Of a DNA stretch of 64,000 nt, positions 12,120 through 22,577 are shown in pieces. The stretch comes from an uncultured Nitrososphaeraceae archaeon. GTDB taxonomy: Archaea > Thermoproteota > Nitrososphaeria > Nitrososphaerales > Nitrososphaeraceae. Under the pieces are notes generated by a model. That model was not told where the DNA came from, did not search any database, and saw nothing but the letters and a program-made list of their open reading frames with translations. Each line of letters begins with the position of its first letter. Position 1 is the stretch's first letter. Made by a program: the position numbers and the translations under genes. The DNA lies in assembly GCA_963825865.1 (NCBI GenBank), contig CAWGVG010000022.1, positions 42,050-106,049 on the forward strand, given 5' to 3'.

Positions 12120-13547
12120 CTATCTATATTTATAGTGTTTTTCGAAAATATCTTGTGTTTCCCGGTATCTAGACTTTTCTACTTCAAGATTTGTTCCATT
12201 GCTTCGTCAGTCTTAAGCATAAGAGGTTTTCCAGACCATTTATTTTCAATTAGATAATTAACCCATGCCCTAATAGTGGGCCCCATTTTTCTAGATAGTG
12301 GCTCGAGGAATCCATTTACAATTTCTCGTTTTGCTAATTCTCTACTTAATCCTCTGACATTAGATAAAAGATCTGTGCCTCATCGATCTGTGCAACTGAT
12401 GCAGAATGTGTTGCTTTTACTTCATTGGTCTCAATTTCCAGTCCTGGAATTGCATCTGATTTAGCACCTTTATCAAGTAAAATTGCATGACCTGCAAAAT
12501 AAGACTCTGTTGCTTTAGCGTTTTTGCCAATCTTAATCATGCCTTTGAATAATGACTTTGAAGTGTCTTTCATTACAGATTTGACCAGTACCCGTCCTCT
12601 TGAATTCGGACCATAATGAATGAGATTAGAAGTAACATCAAATGATTGATTCCAATTCCAAATATAATTTCAAAATCCTCTGCAGAAGAACCTGGGTCCT
12701 TTCATTATGCTATCAATCTTATATCTTGACAATTGCGTACCAAACATCCCAAGATACCACGACATTTTACCATCTCTCTCAATAAAGCCCTTCTTATTGG
12801 AGAAATTGACGGTATCTCCACCCATCGCTTGCAACGTTACCATATCAATATGAGCATTTGGACCAACATGACATTCCATCAACTCAAAGTATGCCTGTTG
12901 AACATCTTTCCTATTCTACTCTTGGAGGAGCATAAATCTCTTGGACAACAGTTGCTTTAGAGCCCATATCGCCGACAATTATGTTCCGTGATATTGAAGA
13001 GGTCCCATCGTCTGCAAAGAACTAATAATTCTAATTGGATCCTCGATTATGACATTTTTTGGAATATAAACAAAAACTCCGGAATGAAAAGCAGAGGCTT
13101 CTAATGCAAGGAACTTATCTTCAGCTATATTGTAGCTGATTGGTGAGTAGTTGTTTCTTGATAAGATCATCGTATTTCATTAGGCTTCTCTTAAGATCAG
13201 AAATGATAACTCCCTGATTCAAAATTTTATCAGGAACGAAATTTGATTAACCGAAGAGCCAATTTGGACGATGCTAGTTCCTCATGCTCTAGTTCATTAA
13301 GCCTGTGTTGAAGCTCTTCGTGGGCTTAGGCATGTGAGAAGTCTTTTCGACAGGAATGGGAAGATATATCTGCTCGGTGTCGAATACGATTTACATCAGA
13401 GTATTTTGTATAAAGTGGAGACACTTCTGAAGGAAGAGATCAATATTTGGACAATGCCTTTTGTCGTATTGCAGCAAGCCACTGGGATCCTTATTTTCTT
13501 TGATTATGATTCAATATGTTGTCTGAAATAGAAGATAAACTTACCAA
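12120..13547 (-). CDS. sufD: SufD family Fe-S assembly protein (many frameshifts)
   Basis: Fragments SEVSPLYTKY, SGVFVYIP, SLFKGMIKI, AIPGLEIETNEVKATHSASVAQIDEAQIFYL, ending DIFEKHYKYR*. Confidence 0.85.
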
Positions 13548-13623
13548 AGTTTAAACACTTCTCTTCTTAAAAAATTTAAAGGAATATAGAATGATCCCTT
13601 TTTTGTATGGATATTCTCTACGT

Positions 13624-15023
13624 CTATCCTACTGATCCTTCCATTTCCATTTTTACAAGTTTGTTCAGCTCTACTGCGTATTCCATCGGTAATTCCTTTG
13701 CAAACGGCTCCATGAACCCACCAACGATCAAAGATAGTGCATCAGATTCGGAAAATCCTCTACTCATCAGATAAAAGATTTGGTCCTCTCCTATTTTCCC
13801 TACAGTTGCTTCGTGAGAGATAGTGGCGTCTTCTTCATTTACCTCTACGTATGGATATGTATCAGTCCTTGAGTTTTCATCTAACAGTAGCGCATCACAT
13901 CTAACATTCGACTTTACACCTGTAGCCCCCTTTGCAACATGAAGCAATCCTCTATATGTTGTTCTACCTGAATCCTTACTAACTGATTTGCTTGTAATTC
14001 GCGAAGTTGTATTTGGTGCAAGATGTACTGCCTTGGCCCCTGCATCTTGATGTTGACCAGACCAGAAAATGCAACTGATACGACCTCTGCGTGAGCATTC
14101 CTTCCCAGCATATAAACACCAGGGTATTTCATAGTTAGTTTGCTTCCAAAATTTCCATCAATCCATTCAACTGAAGCATTCTCATACGCATATGCTCTCT
14201 TCGTTACTAAATTATACACATCTTTGCTCCAATTTTGGATCGTGGTATATCTGATCTTGGCACCTTTCTTTGCGATTAATTCAACAACTGCAGAATGTAG
14301 TGATTCAGTTGTATAGACTGGTGCAGTACATCCTTCAATATAGTGAACTTCAGAACCCTCATCTGCAATTATTAAGGTTCTTTCAAATTGGCCGATATTT
14401 TCAGCGTTAATTCTAAAATATGCTTGCAGAGGAAGATCAACCTTTACATTTGGTGGAACATATATGAATGAGCCACCAGACCAAACAGCACTATTCAAGG
14501 CTGCAAATTTGTTGTCTTCTGGTGGAATAACCTTTCCGAAATGCTTTCTCAGAAGTTCCGGATGTTTTTTTACTGCAGTATCTGTGTCAGTAAATATTAC
14601 ACCTTTTTGTTCTAAATCTTCTCTTAAATTGTGATAGACAACTTCCGATTCGTATTGGGCGCCAACGCCTGCAAGGAATTTTCTTTCTGCTTCTGGAATT
14701 CCTAGTTTTTCAAATGTATTTCTTACAGAGTCCGGAACATCATCCCAGCTCTTGCCTTGCTTCTCAGAAGCCTTGGCGTAGTAGTATATATTCTGAAAGT
14801 CAATTTTTGACAAATCGCCGCCCCAATCAGGCATAGGCTTGCTCATAAAAACATCATAGGATCTCAGTCTAAAGTCCCTCATCCAGTCGGGCTCACCTTT
14901 CATCTTGCTAATCTCTTCAACGGTGCCTCTAGATAGGCCTTTTTTACTTAAATAAACATATAATTCTGTAGAGTCCTTAAAGTCGTACTTGCTATAATCC
15001 ATATTCAGCTTCTCAGTTGTCAT
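13624..15023 (-). CDS. sufB: Fe-S cluster assembly protein SufB (frameshift near 14055)
   Basis: [54 protein letters not shown]. Confidence 0.95.
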
Positions 15024-15229
15024 ACTATATATAACGGCGTTATGTATTATATATATTTTTGTGTACATTATTTCATATCCATAACAAAGTTATAAGTATC
15101 TCGTTAGCTATACTTTATATGTCCCTTTTAGGTGTAATAAGCATGCGATCAGGCTAACATCTATTGCCAAATATGAGCAAATGAACAGATAGGCTTCAAG
15201 ATAAAATCAAAAGAGAATCTGTGGATGTA

Positions 15230-15323
15230 GCAACTCATGGGATTAGAACTCCAATAGTGCCGATTTTGAACTTAAGCGAGTCTGTTTATAGATCGTGATT
15301 TGGCCAATCTGAGCTACAGGTTT
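15230..15323 (-). pseudogene. Degenerate intron-containing tRNA-like relic
   Basis: Reverse complement reads CCTG-TA-GCTC-AGATTGG..., an anticodon-like CTATAA plus about 18 nt of hairpin insert, and a T-arm-like TGGAGTTCTAATCCCA. The stems are mismatched. Confidence 0.4.
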
Positions 15324-15355
15324 TCGGCCTTACTCCAAACGGCTTTGTTTACATT

Positions 15356-16492
15356 TTAACGTGTGTGATTATATATAGAAGAGTGTGTCCCACCATAAAT
15401 TATCTCCTTTATCATTTCAGAATTTAGAAAATCATGAGGAAAACCCAATTCTATCTTGCTTATTTCATTTAACCTTTGCAATTGCTCATCTGATAATTCA
15501 TATTTTAGACACGCCAAATTATCCTTTATCTGTGATTCTTTCCTTGAGCCAATGATTGGTATTATTTTGCTCTCTCGTGGTAGATTTTGCTGTCTAATCC
15601 AATTCAAAGCAACCTGTGCTGGCGTACATCCAATCTCTTTAGCCGTCTTGCTAACTTCTTCGACAATCAATAAATTTCTCTCATTTAGGAGCGCATTTAC
15701 TAAATCAGGGGACGTAGACTTGAACATATTTAGCCTACTATTGCCTTCTGCCACTGCCACAGTTGATGATAACATATTTTGTTGCTGACGTGGTTGTTGT
15801 TGTTGTTCTTTGTTCTTGTTATACTTACCTGTAAGAAGACCGTTACCTAATGGTGACCACGCTGTCACTCCAATATCCAATGCACTAGCCATTGGCAACA
15901 ATTCGCGTTCTGGGGTTCTTTCAATTAAACTATATTCAATCTGTAAGCCAGTAAATTCAGTCCAACCTCTAAGATTTGCAAGAGTATTAGCTTGTGAAAC
16001 TACCCAAGCTGGAGCGTCAGAGATACCAGCATAGAGAATTTTCCCTGCCTTTATCATATCATCTAAAGCACGCATCATCTCTTCAACTGGTGTCGTTTGG
16101 TCCCATGCATGCACCCAGTAAAGATCTACATAATCCGTATTCAATCTTTGTAGGCTTGCCTCTAAAGATTGCATCATACTCTTGCGATGATTTCCACCAG
16201 CATTAGGATCTCCTCTTCTTGTATTTGATGTATATTTAGTTGCTAAAACAAATCGATCTCTGTCAGATGCGATAAATTCACCAATGTATTTTTCGCTTGT
16301 ACCTTCAGTATATTTGTTAGCAGTATCAATAAAATTACCACCTGCATCTACATACGCATTAAAGATTTTACGACATTCGTCTTTGGATGCACCCCATCCC
16401 CACTCTTCGCCAAACGTCATTGCTCCAAGACAGATTTCTGAAACTCGGAGTCCACTCCTTCCTAATAGATAATACTTCATGAGAAATTTCAC
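15356..16492 (-). CDS. Aldo/keto reductase
   Basis: GLRVSEICLGAM, FIDTANKY, LATK, DYVDLYWVH, WSPLGNGLLTGKY, IPIIG. Confidence 0.92.
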   Translation of the reverse strand: MKFLMKYYLLGRSGLRVSEICLGAMTFGEEWGWGASKDECRKIFNAYVDAGGNFIDTANKYTEGTSEKYIGEFIASDRDRFVLATKYTSNTRRGDPNAGGNHRKSMMQSLEASLQRLNTDYVDLYWVHAWDQTTPVEEMMRALDDMIKAGKILYAGISDAPAWVVSQANTLANLRGWTEFTGLQIEYSLIERTPERELLPMASALDIGVTAWSPLGNGLLTGKYNKNKEQQQQPRQQQNMLSSTVAVAEGNSRLNMFKSTSPDLVNALLNERNLLIVEEVSKTAKEIGCTPAQVALNWIRQQNLPRESKIIPIIGSRKESQIKDNLACLKYELSDEQLQRLNEISKIELGFPHDFLNSEMIKEIIYGGTHSSIYNHTR

Positions 16493-17485
16493 ATGTCGTT
16501 ATAAATAAAAAGTCTTCCTATCAGAAATATCTCAATTAGTCGATATTTTTTTTGCTGAAATACAGACCAGTTGATTAATCTATCTATCCATCTCTAATTA
16601 TCTTTTCCTTACCTACCCTAGTGTTATCTTTATTCTATGCTGATAGCCATATGTCAGCGTATTTCAAAAGTGGCGTTTGGCCAAAGACACTGTGAAAATA
16701 TAAAATGTGTAATGCACTTTAGTAATTCACTAGTGACACAGATATCAAGGAAAAGAACTTTTGCAAAAGATGTAAGATAGTATTGTAAATCACTAGCATT
16801 TCTAGATAAGATTTCTTAGATGTCTCTGTGGGGGAAGGGTACTTTTAACATATGACTGTGACCATCCCATGTGACTGAGTTACATGCTGTAAATAATTTC
16901 AATCTCACGGAGACACATACAAAAAAACTACAATCATACTTTTCGTAATTCTGTAAACAGGATCTGACTTTGTGCGTATTAATTTTCTATTGAGTTCAGT
17001 TTGAAATAAGTGGCAACAGAGGAAAGCAGGTAGTAACAAGGAGGTAGCAGGACTAACAAATTGGTAACATGTGGTAGCAACTTTATCATTCTTTTTGCAT
17101 TTTTTCAACCACATTGTAGGTTTACCTGAAAAGATGCTAAAGATATACCTATTCGTATCGAATCTTGAAGTTGAACCACAAAAAGTAATTTGTGAGTTTT
17201 TTTGTTTGTTTGTACTTTTGAGTCTGCTGAATCATGCGTCAGTATTGAGGTTGAGGGTACGTGTTATTCAACGTGATTATACTTCCAATATTTGATTAGT
17301 TTTTAGCTCCTCTATCCTTAATTGAACTATTTATCGCTTCTAGAGAAAAATCTGCATTCTTATAAATAAATGGAAAACAACTCAGATGTTCCTATAAGAA
17401 TTTAAAATACAAGATGTATTCTCCTGTTTCTAAAATGAAAAATGATTTTCTATCTTTTAAATAATTAAAAAACTTTTTATCTCCA

Positions 17486-17887
17486 CTATGGCAAAGTCAC
17501 ATTAAACAACTTCTTTAGTTGGGAGATGTGGTCTGGATTTATATTTGCCCTAGGCACTCTTTTTATAATCAGTTCCCATGCGTCATAAAAATCCATGCCG
17601 AAATACTTTACTAGAACACCAAGTGCAATAGCATTACTGCGAGAGATTCCAGCTACACAGCATATAACAACCCTGCCGTGTTTTTGAATCAGCTCCCATG
17701 CAAGATCAATCTTCTTGTCATAGTCTTCTAGAGAATTAGAGCCATCATCATATAAATCTCGTACATCAGCTACAGGCCATCTGTCATTTGTTATTCCCAC
17801 AGTTTGATAATCAACGTCTTTTAATTCATGATAACTAAATTCACGTATGCCTTCTGTGGCTAGCTTATTTTCAATTATCTTGAACAT
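17486..17887 (-). CDS. Dual-specificity (CX5R) protein phosphatase
   Basis: VVICCVAGISRSNAIA P-loop and RVPRANINP. Confidence 0.85.
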   Translation of the reverse strand: MFKIIENKLATEGIREFSYHELKDVDYQTVGITNDRWPVADVRDLYDDGSNSLEDYDKKIDLAWELIQKHGRVVICCVAGISRSNAIALGVLVKYFGMDFYDAWELIIKRVPRANINPDHISQLKKLFNVTLP

Positions 17888-17955
17888 AGTCAGTCTAACT
17901 AGTTATTAATGTCAATAACTGTTTTTGTTTGATAATAAATAAGTAGAGATAATTG

Positions 17956-18150
17956 ATGGTAGATAAGTTGGCTTCTAACATTGCTATACGTAGGAACATG
18001 GCTGGTGTTCATTATCGGAGTGATTATGTTGATTCATTGAAATTAGGTGAGCAGATTGCAATAAGCATCTTGGAAGATCAGACTTAAGTATAATGAGAAT
18101 TATAAATTTTCATTTACTGCGTTCAATGTAATGCCAAAGACGATAGGAAA
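17956..18150 (+). pseudogene. Vanadium-dependent haloperoxidase C-terminal fragment
   Basis: KLASNIAIRRNMAGVHYRSDYVDSLKLGEQIAISILEDQ, then YNENYKFSFTAF after a frameshift. Confidence 0.75.
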
Positions 18151-18222
18151 ACTATATAAAAAGGGTTCAATAATTATTTGTCTTTTTTCGTTATCATCTA
18201 TATACCTTCACATATATGCTTT

Positions 18223-18447
18223 TCATCGTTGTTGAGCCATTTTATTATTATCGTCATTATCCTCTTTAAAATGAGGAGCAATCGCCTCTGCGACAAGCTT
18301 AACTAATTTATCTCTGTTGGGACTTGAGTTTGTCAGGACAATCTCAGTGAATCCTAAATTTACATACTTTTGTAATTTTTCCATAGCTTCTTGACCATTT
18401 GATACTACAAGTAGCATATTTTCTAATGTATCATCACCAATAACTTG
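18223..18447 (-). pseudogene. LLM-class (F420-dependent) oxidoreductase C-terminal fragment
   Basis: VIGDDTLENMLLVVSN..EKLQKYVNLGFTEIVL..AIAPHF. Confidence 0.55.
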
Positions 18448-18485
18448 TCATTATTGTCACTCCGATAACTTATATATCTAACTAT

Positions 18486-18731
18486 CTGTGGCAAAAAGAG
18501 ATCGAGCCAAGTAATTCATTAAGAAAATGGTTTGGCCACGACCTGAAGAAATGGAACGAATTCAAACATCGATATTATAAAGAATTAGATAAGAAAAAAG
18601 ATTCAATTGGTATCGTTTTCAGGAATGCGAGAGAAGAAAGATCAGTAATCTTGCTTTATAGTGCAAAAGATGAGAAATTCAACAATGCAGTAGCTTTAAA
18701 GGAATATCTTGAAGAGAAGATGAAAAAGTAG
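18486..18731 (+). pseudogene. DUF488/YeaO family C-terminal fragment
   Basis: LWQKEIEPSNSLRKWFGHDLKKWNEFKHRYYKEL...LLYSAKDEKFNNAVALKEYL*. Confidence 0.75.
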
Positions 18732-18915
18732 AACATAACCTTAGATTCCAACATATAGCCAATCTGTAAGTTATAGATTCTATCTGTAAATTCTCATTCA
18801 GCGAGTCTATAAGTCTTCCAGGTTGATGAAAAAGACGACTATCCTGAAGCAAGTGAAGCCTTCCAAACTTGACCGAAAAGTCTTTAACATTGTTAACGAG
18901 TTATTGGTACCAAAA

Positions 18916-19111
18916 ATGACATTAACCTTGAACTGCAAAGATGCAGGAGAATCCTGTTTGCACGCATACAATGTATGGAGAAACTGAAGAAGAACTATTG
19001 CAAAACGCCAAGAAACATGGTATGGAAGTACATGGCTATACAGAACAATCATGGAATGAAGAAGTTGCAAAGAATGGTGAGCATTTCCGCAAGCTAATAA
19101 AGAAAAACTAG
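18916..19111 (+). CDS. DUF1059 small metal-binding protein (one frameshift)
   Basis: MTLTLNCKDAG..CTHTMYGETEEELLQNAKKHGMEVHG. Close paralog of 46229-46423. Confidence 0.8.
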
Positions 19112-19261
19112 CTAAATCCTTTTTCTTTTTGTTTGTTTGTTTCTGTCTTTTCACTAAATAATTATCTTATAAAATTGAACTCACTTTGGATCGAGGTTAA
19201 TATTATATCTAATATTATATCTTTCTACTTAGTTGTCTGTCACATGCATATAAAAAGAAAC

Positions 19262-19345
19262 ATGAGGTTTGGGTTACAGCACCCAAGCTTTAGTTTCGAT
19301 TACAGCATACAGATACCTCTCAGGTTGTTGATTCCTTAAAGAGCA
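19262..19345 (+). pseudogene. LLM-class oxidoreductase N-terminal fragment
   Basis: MRFGLQHPSFSFDY..SQVVDSLK, truncated where it meets the end of the proteasome alpha gene. Confidence 0.5.
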
Positions 19346-19353
19346 GGTACTAG

Positions 19354-20041
19354 TTAGTTATTTACCAACTTCCTAAATGAACCGTCTTTCAGCTGTGATG
19401 ATTCCTGCCTCCACCAACGGTCTTTCTCCTAATGCTTTTTCTATTGCTTTGTTGCTCAATTGAATCGCTTGGTCAGTCCTCATATCTGCACTATATTCTC
19501 TCTGGATTACATCAAGGGCAATATCTGAATACTGGCCTATTGCAAAGCCAGCTCCTCTAAAGAATGTTCCACTTGGGTCTACTTGGTATAGCTGAATCCC
19601 TGTTTGGTCTATTCCAGCAATTATTATCGATGCTGCCTGCGGCCTTATCGCATATATTGTATAGTTATGCAAGTAAGAACTGAGATGTTTTGCAAGCGAG
19701 CTTATGTCTATTGGGCTTTCATAGGTAAGCCTGTGCTTCTGAGCTCCCAATCTTATCTCGTCAATTAACTGCAATATATCACCTATGTATCCTGAGCCAG
19801 TAGCACCTATATGTCCATCAATTGCAAATATCTTCTCAGCAGGTTCCACTAAGGGTTTGGTAGGCTTGATGTGGCTAGATATCAATGCAAAGGTTGGTGT
19901 TTTTATTCCTATAGTAGTTGAACCTCTACTAACAGCTTCTAAAGCACTATCTACTAGTACCAGCCTACCTTCAGGGCCGTAGTAGTAAGGGTATCTAGTG
20001 TTGTTACCAATACCTCCAGCGCCACCACCCATTTCCGCCAT
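19354..20041 (-). CDS. Divergent 20S proteasome alpha subunit
   Basis: GPEGRL..ALEAVSRGSTTIG, EKIFAID, LYQVDPSGTF, AIG. A probable frameshift at the 3' end would give DGSFRKLVNN* ending at 19354. Confidence 0.9.
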
Positions 20042-20043
20042 TT

Positions 20044-20627
20044 CTAATGAGTCACCTCCTCTTTAACTACTAACAAGTTTGGCATCACCAGTACATCGAT
20101 ACCATTTCCTGATCCTGGGTCTCGTTCCATTGCTGCTGCTACAGCCTTAGTGGCGATTTCTTTTGCCTGTTCATTGGTTATATCCTTGTTGTATACACTT
20201 TCAAGCACTCCATATGCTATGGGAGAACCCGAGCCAGAAGATGCAAAGTCTTCACTAGTTATTGCGCCCTCATATCCGCTGCAAATACATGTCCACCTTC
20301 TCGGTCCACACCAGCCACTAACAATTCTACGAAGTATGGCTGGTAATTCTTAAGACCAGAATATGCAAGGTTTGCAATTAGCCTTGCTGATTCCTTTACT
20401 GTGAGTGGAAACCCCCTACGCACTCCATTAGCCTCCTTTCAGCTTTTGCAACTTTAATCATATACTCCGCATCTGATAGACTGCCCAGCTATCGCTACTG
20501 CAAGAGTATCATCTATCTTTGCTATTTTCTGCGTTATCTTTGAACCTATGAAAAAGCCTTTGCTTGCTCTCTTATCTGATCCAAGTACAACGCCTTCTTT
20601 TGTTTTAATGCCAACTATTGTTGTCAT
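20044..20627 (-). CDS. Divergent 20S proteasome beta subunit (frameshifted, absent from ORF track)
   Basis: MTTIVGIKTKEGVVLGSDKRASKGFFIGSKITQKIAKID..AIAG, ELLVAGVD, ASSGSGSPIAYGVLE, AMERDPGSGNGIDV. Confidence 0.9.
20048..20060 (-). promoter_or_regulatory. Shine-Dalgarno site of the alpha subunit gene
   Basis: GGAGGTGA about 10 nt upstream of the alpha ATG, inside the last codons of the beta gene. Confidence 0.7.
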
Positions 20628-20879
20628 TCTCTATTTTTCCCTAACTCCTGTAATACCATAGGAAAGATAAGCATTAATTGACTAGGATTTGCAGAAGTAA
20701 GTCACACATATACACATGTAGTAGTGGTGAAATCGCTATTGTGAAGGCCTCGACATTGGCTATGCTTGGCTCCAAAAGTAATCATGACAAAGGATGACCA
20801 TCTTTGCTGAGTGTATGTGTCTGCATATATGATAATCATTGCAAACTGTTAGTCACAAACTTTCTCCTGCAGGAATTAA

Positions 20880-21230
20880 TGCCAAATTAATCAAGAAGAT
20901 TGACTGCGTATTCTCGTTCAGCGATTCTAGGAGTTTCATATCTGTAAGCTTCAGCATATCAACATCTGGGCTGGCGTTTTTCCGTAGTTCTTTGCTACCG
21001 CCAGGATATTTGGGTGGTTAAGCTTCTTACCTATGGGCTGCGGTCTGTAAGCTTCCAGCTAAATCCTGTTCTTCTCGCAGAAACGTAATAAATCCTCCGG
21101 CTATAGAAATGGTTGAAATTCTACCGTTCACTGCAGGCACAACATCAGAGTTCCAAAGGATCTCTTCCAGCTGGTCTATCGGGTAATCACTCACCCCAAT
21201 CGCCCTGGCTTTACCCTCATGCAATATCTG
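20880..21230 (-). pseudogene. Aldo/keto reductase (2,5-DKG reductase-like) fragment with internal stops
   Basis: EGKARAIGVS..VVPAVN, VEFQPFL*, LEAY, AKNYGKTPAQ. Confidence 0.75.
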
Positions 21231-21452
21231 AACTTAGCCTGTCATGTCTCTAGACCAAGCTAACTTGCTAGACCTAGCCTTGCAATGACCAGTGGGATCC
21301 ACATAGGCCAAACTCAAGAATCAGCAAGAATATGCGTGTATAGTTTGGCTTTGTATTCCTCTATTCATTTAGCACACAAAGCAATTTAATTTGTAAAGTA
21401 TAACTGTGACAAATCCTGTCGCACCTTGCCCAGAATCTCTGTTACCTTGTCA

Positions 21453-21690
21453 TTACTGGTTGTTTTTAAATGACATAGTCGGAGTCATCTTCATCAAGGT
21501 GTCTATTGTCTTTATCATCCCTTTGGCCAGGTCTTCTGCAGAGTAGGTTCTACTCAACAAATTAAGATATGTCTCTCCAACATTTAAGATATCGTTCTCA
21601 GTTAAACCAAGTTGGAAAAGTTTCGTTAGCATGTTACCTACGAAGGGACCAGCCCCAAGAATCTGCAACATATTTTCTCGCTTCTCCTTG
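21453..21690 (-). pseudogene. C-terminal fragment of hypothetical protein
   Basis: Short ORF with no convincing start context. Protein-like helical composition. Confidence 0.3.
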
Positions 21691-22188
21691 AGTATCTCTT
21701 GCCGAGCCTACAGTGATTATTACATTTTCCAATTTATACTTTGAATCATATGTCATAGTTGATGCAATAGGAAAATTATGTCAGATAATAATGATAAACA
21801 AGAAGAACACGATGAAATGATTCCATTTTTTAGCATCAGCTTCTAGAGACTTTGATAAAGATCTGATTATTAAACCTGATTTTAACATTCTAGTAGGTTG
21901 TACTTTTGGCTCTAAGAGCACTACAAGTCCATGAGTAAAGATTCTTCCTGCAGTTATCTTTATGAGCTGCCAGACCCATTTTATCTAATTCGTTTGTAAA
22001 ATGCTGGTTCATGAGTGTTGTTCTTAATTTGAGTCGTCCTGTTTCGTTCTCTTTATCCAGGCTTTTTATATCGATGCCTATTATTTCTATCTTCTTACGC
22101 CAAGAAGAAGTTGATATTGACGCCTATAAGAATAATTCATATTGCGCGACCTATCTATCCCAATTTGTTACATAGGTAATTTTTAATA

Positions 22189-22347
22189 ATGATCCAAGAA
22201 GACGAAAGATGTCCAGTATGTAATCAATGCTTTCCAAATGTTCCTGATCACATCAGCAATGTGCACGGAATTGATATAAACCTGGCAAAGTGGATATTAC
22301 GATTGCAAGCTAGGATAGAATCCTTGGAAACACATGAGAAAAAATGA
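22189..22347 (+). CDS. 52-aa C2H2-type zinc-finger microprotein (below ORF-track cutoff)
   Basis: MIQEDERCPVCNQCFPNVPDHISNVHGIDINLAKWILRLQARIESLETHEKK*, with CxxC-x9-HxxxxH and a coiled-coil-like tail. Confidence 0.55.
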   Translation: MIQEDERCPVCNQCFPNVPDHISNVHGIDINLAKWILRLQARIESLETHEKK

Positions 22348-22577
22348 CATGTCATATCATCGATTGCCAGATATGTTGAACAATATATGCAATATATATA
22401 CATGTAAATATATGCATGCCTTATATTGTTTGTATATATATACATTTATATATATATTGAACATACTGCTAGAATTCGTATTGGAAGAGGACCAAATGCA
22501 ACCAACTTTTGATAATTCATCTATATGTTATTCCAGCATCCCTTCAGTTCATTTATTTCTTAAAAATCTTTAGATGG

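Noticed and set aside
10871-14100. Programmed ribosomal frameshifting in suf genes
   Set aside because: The indels are numerous, scattered across unrelated genes and lack a shared slippery motif. Sequencing error is the simpler explanation.
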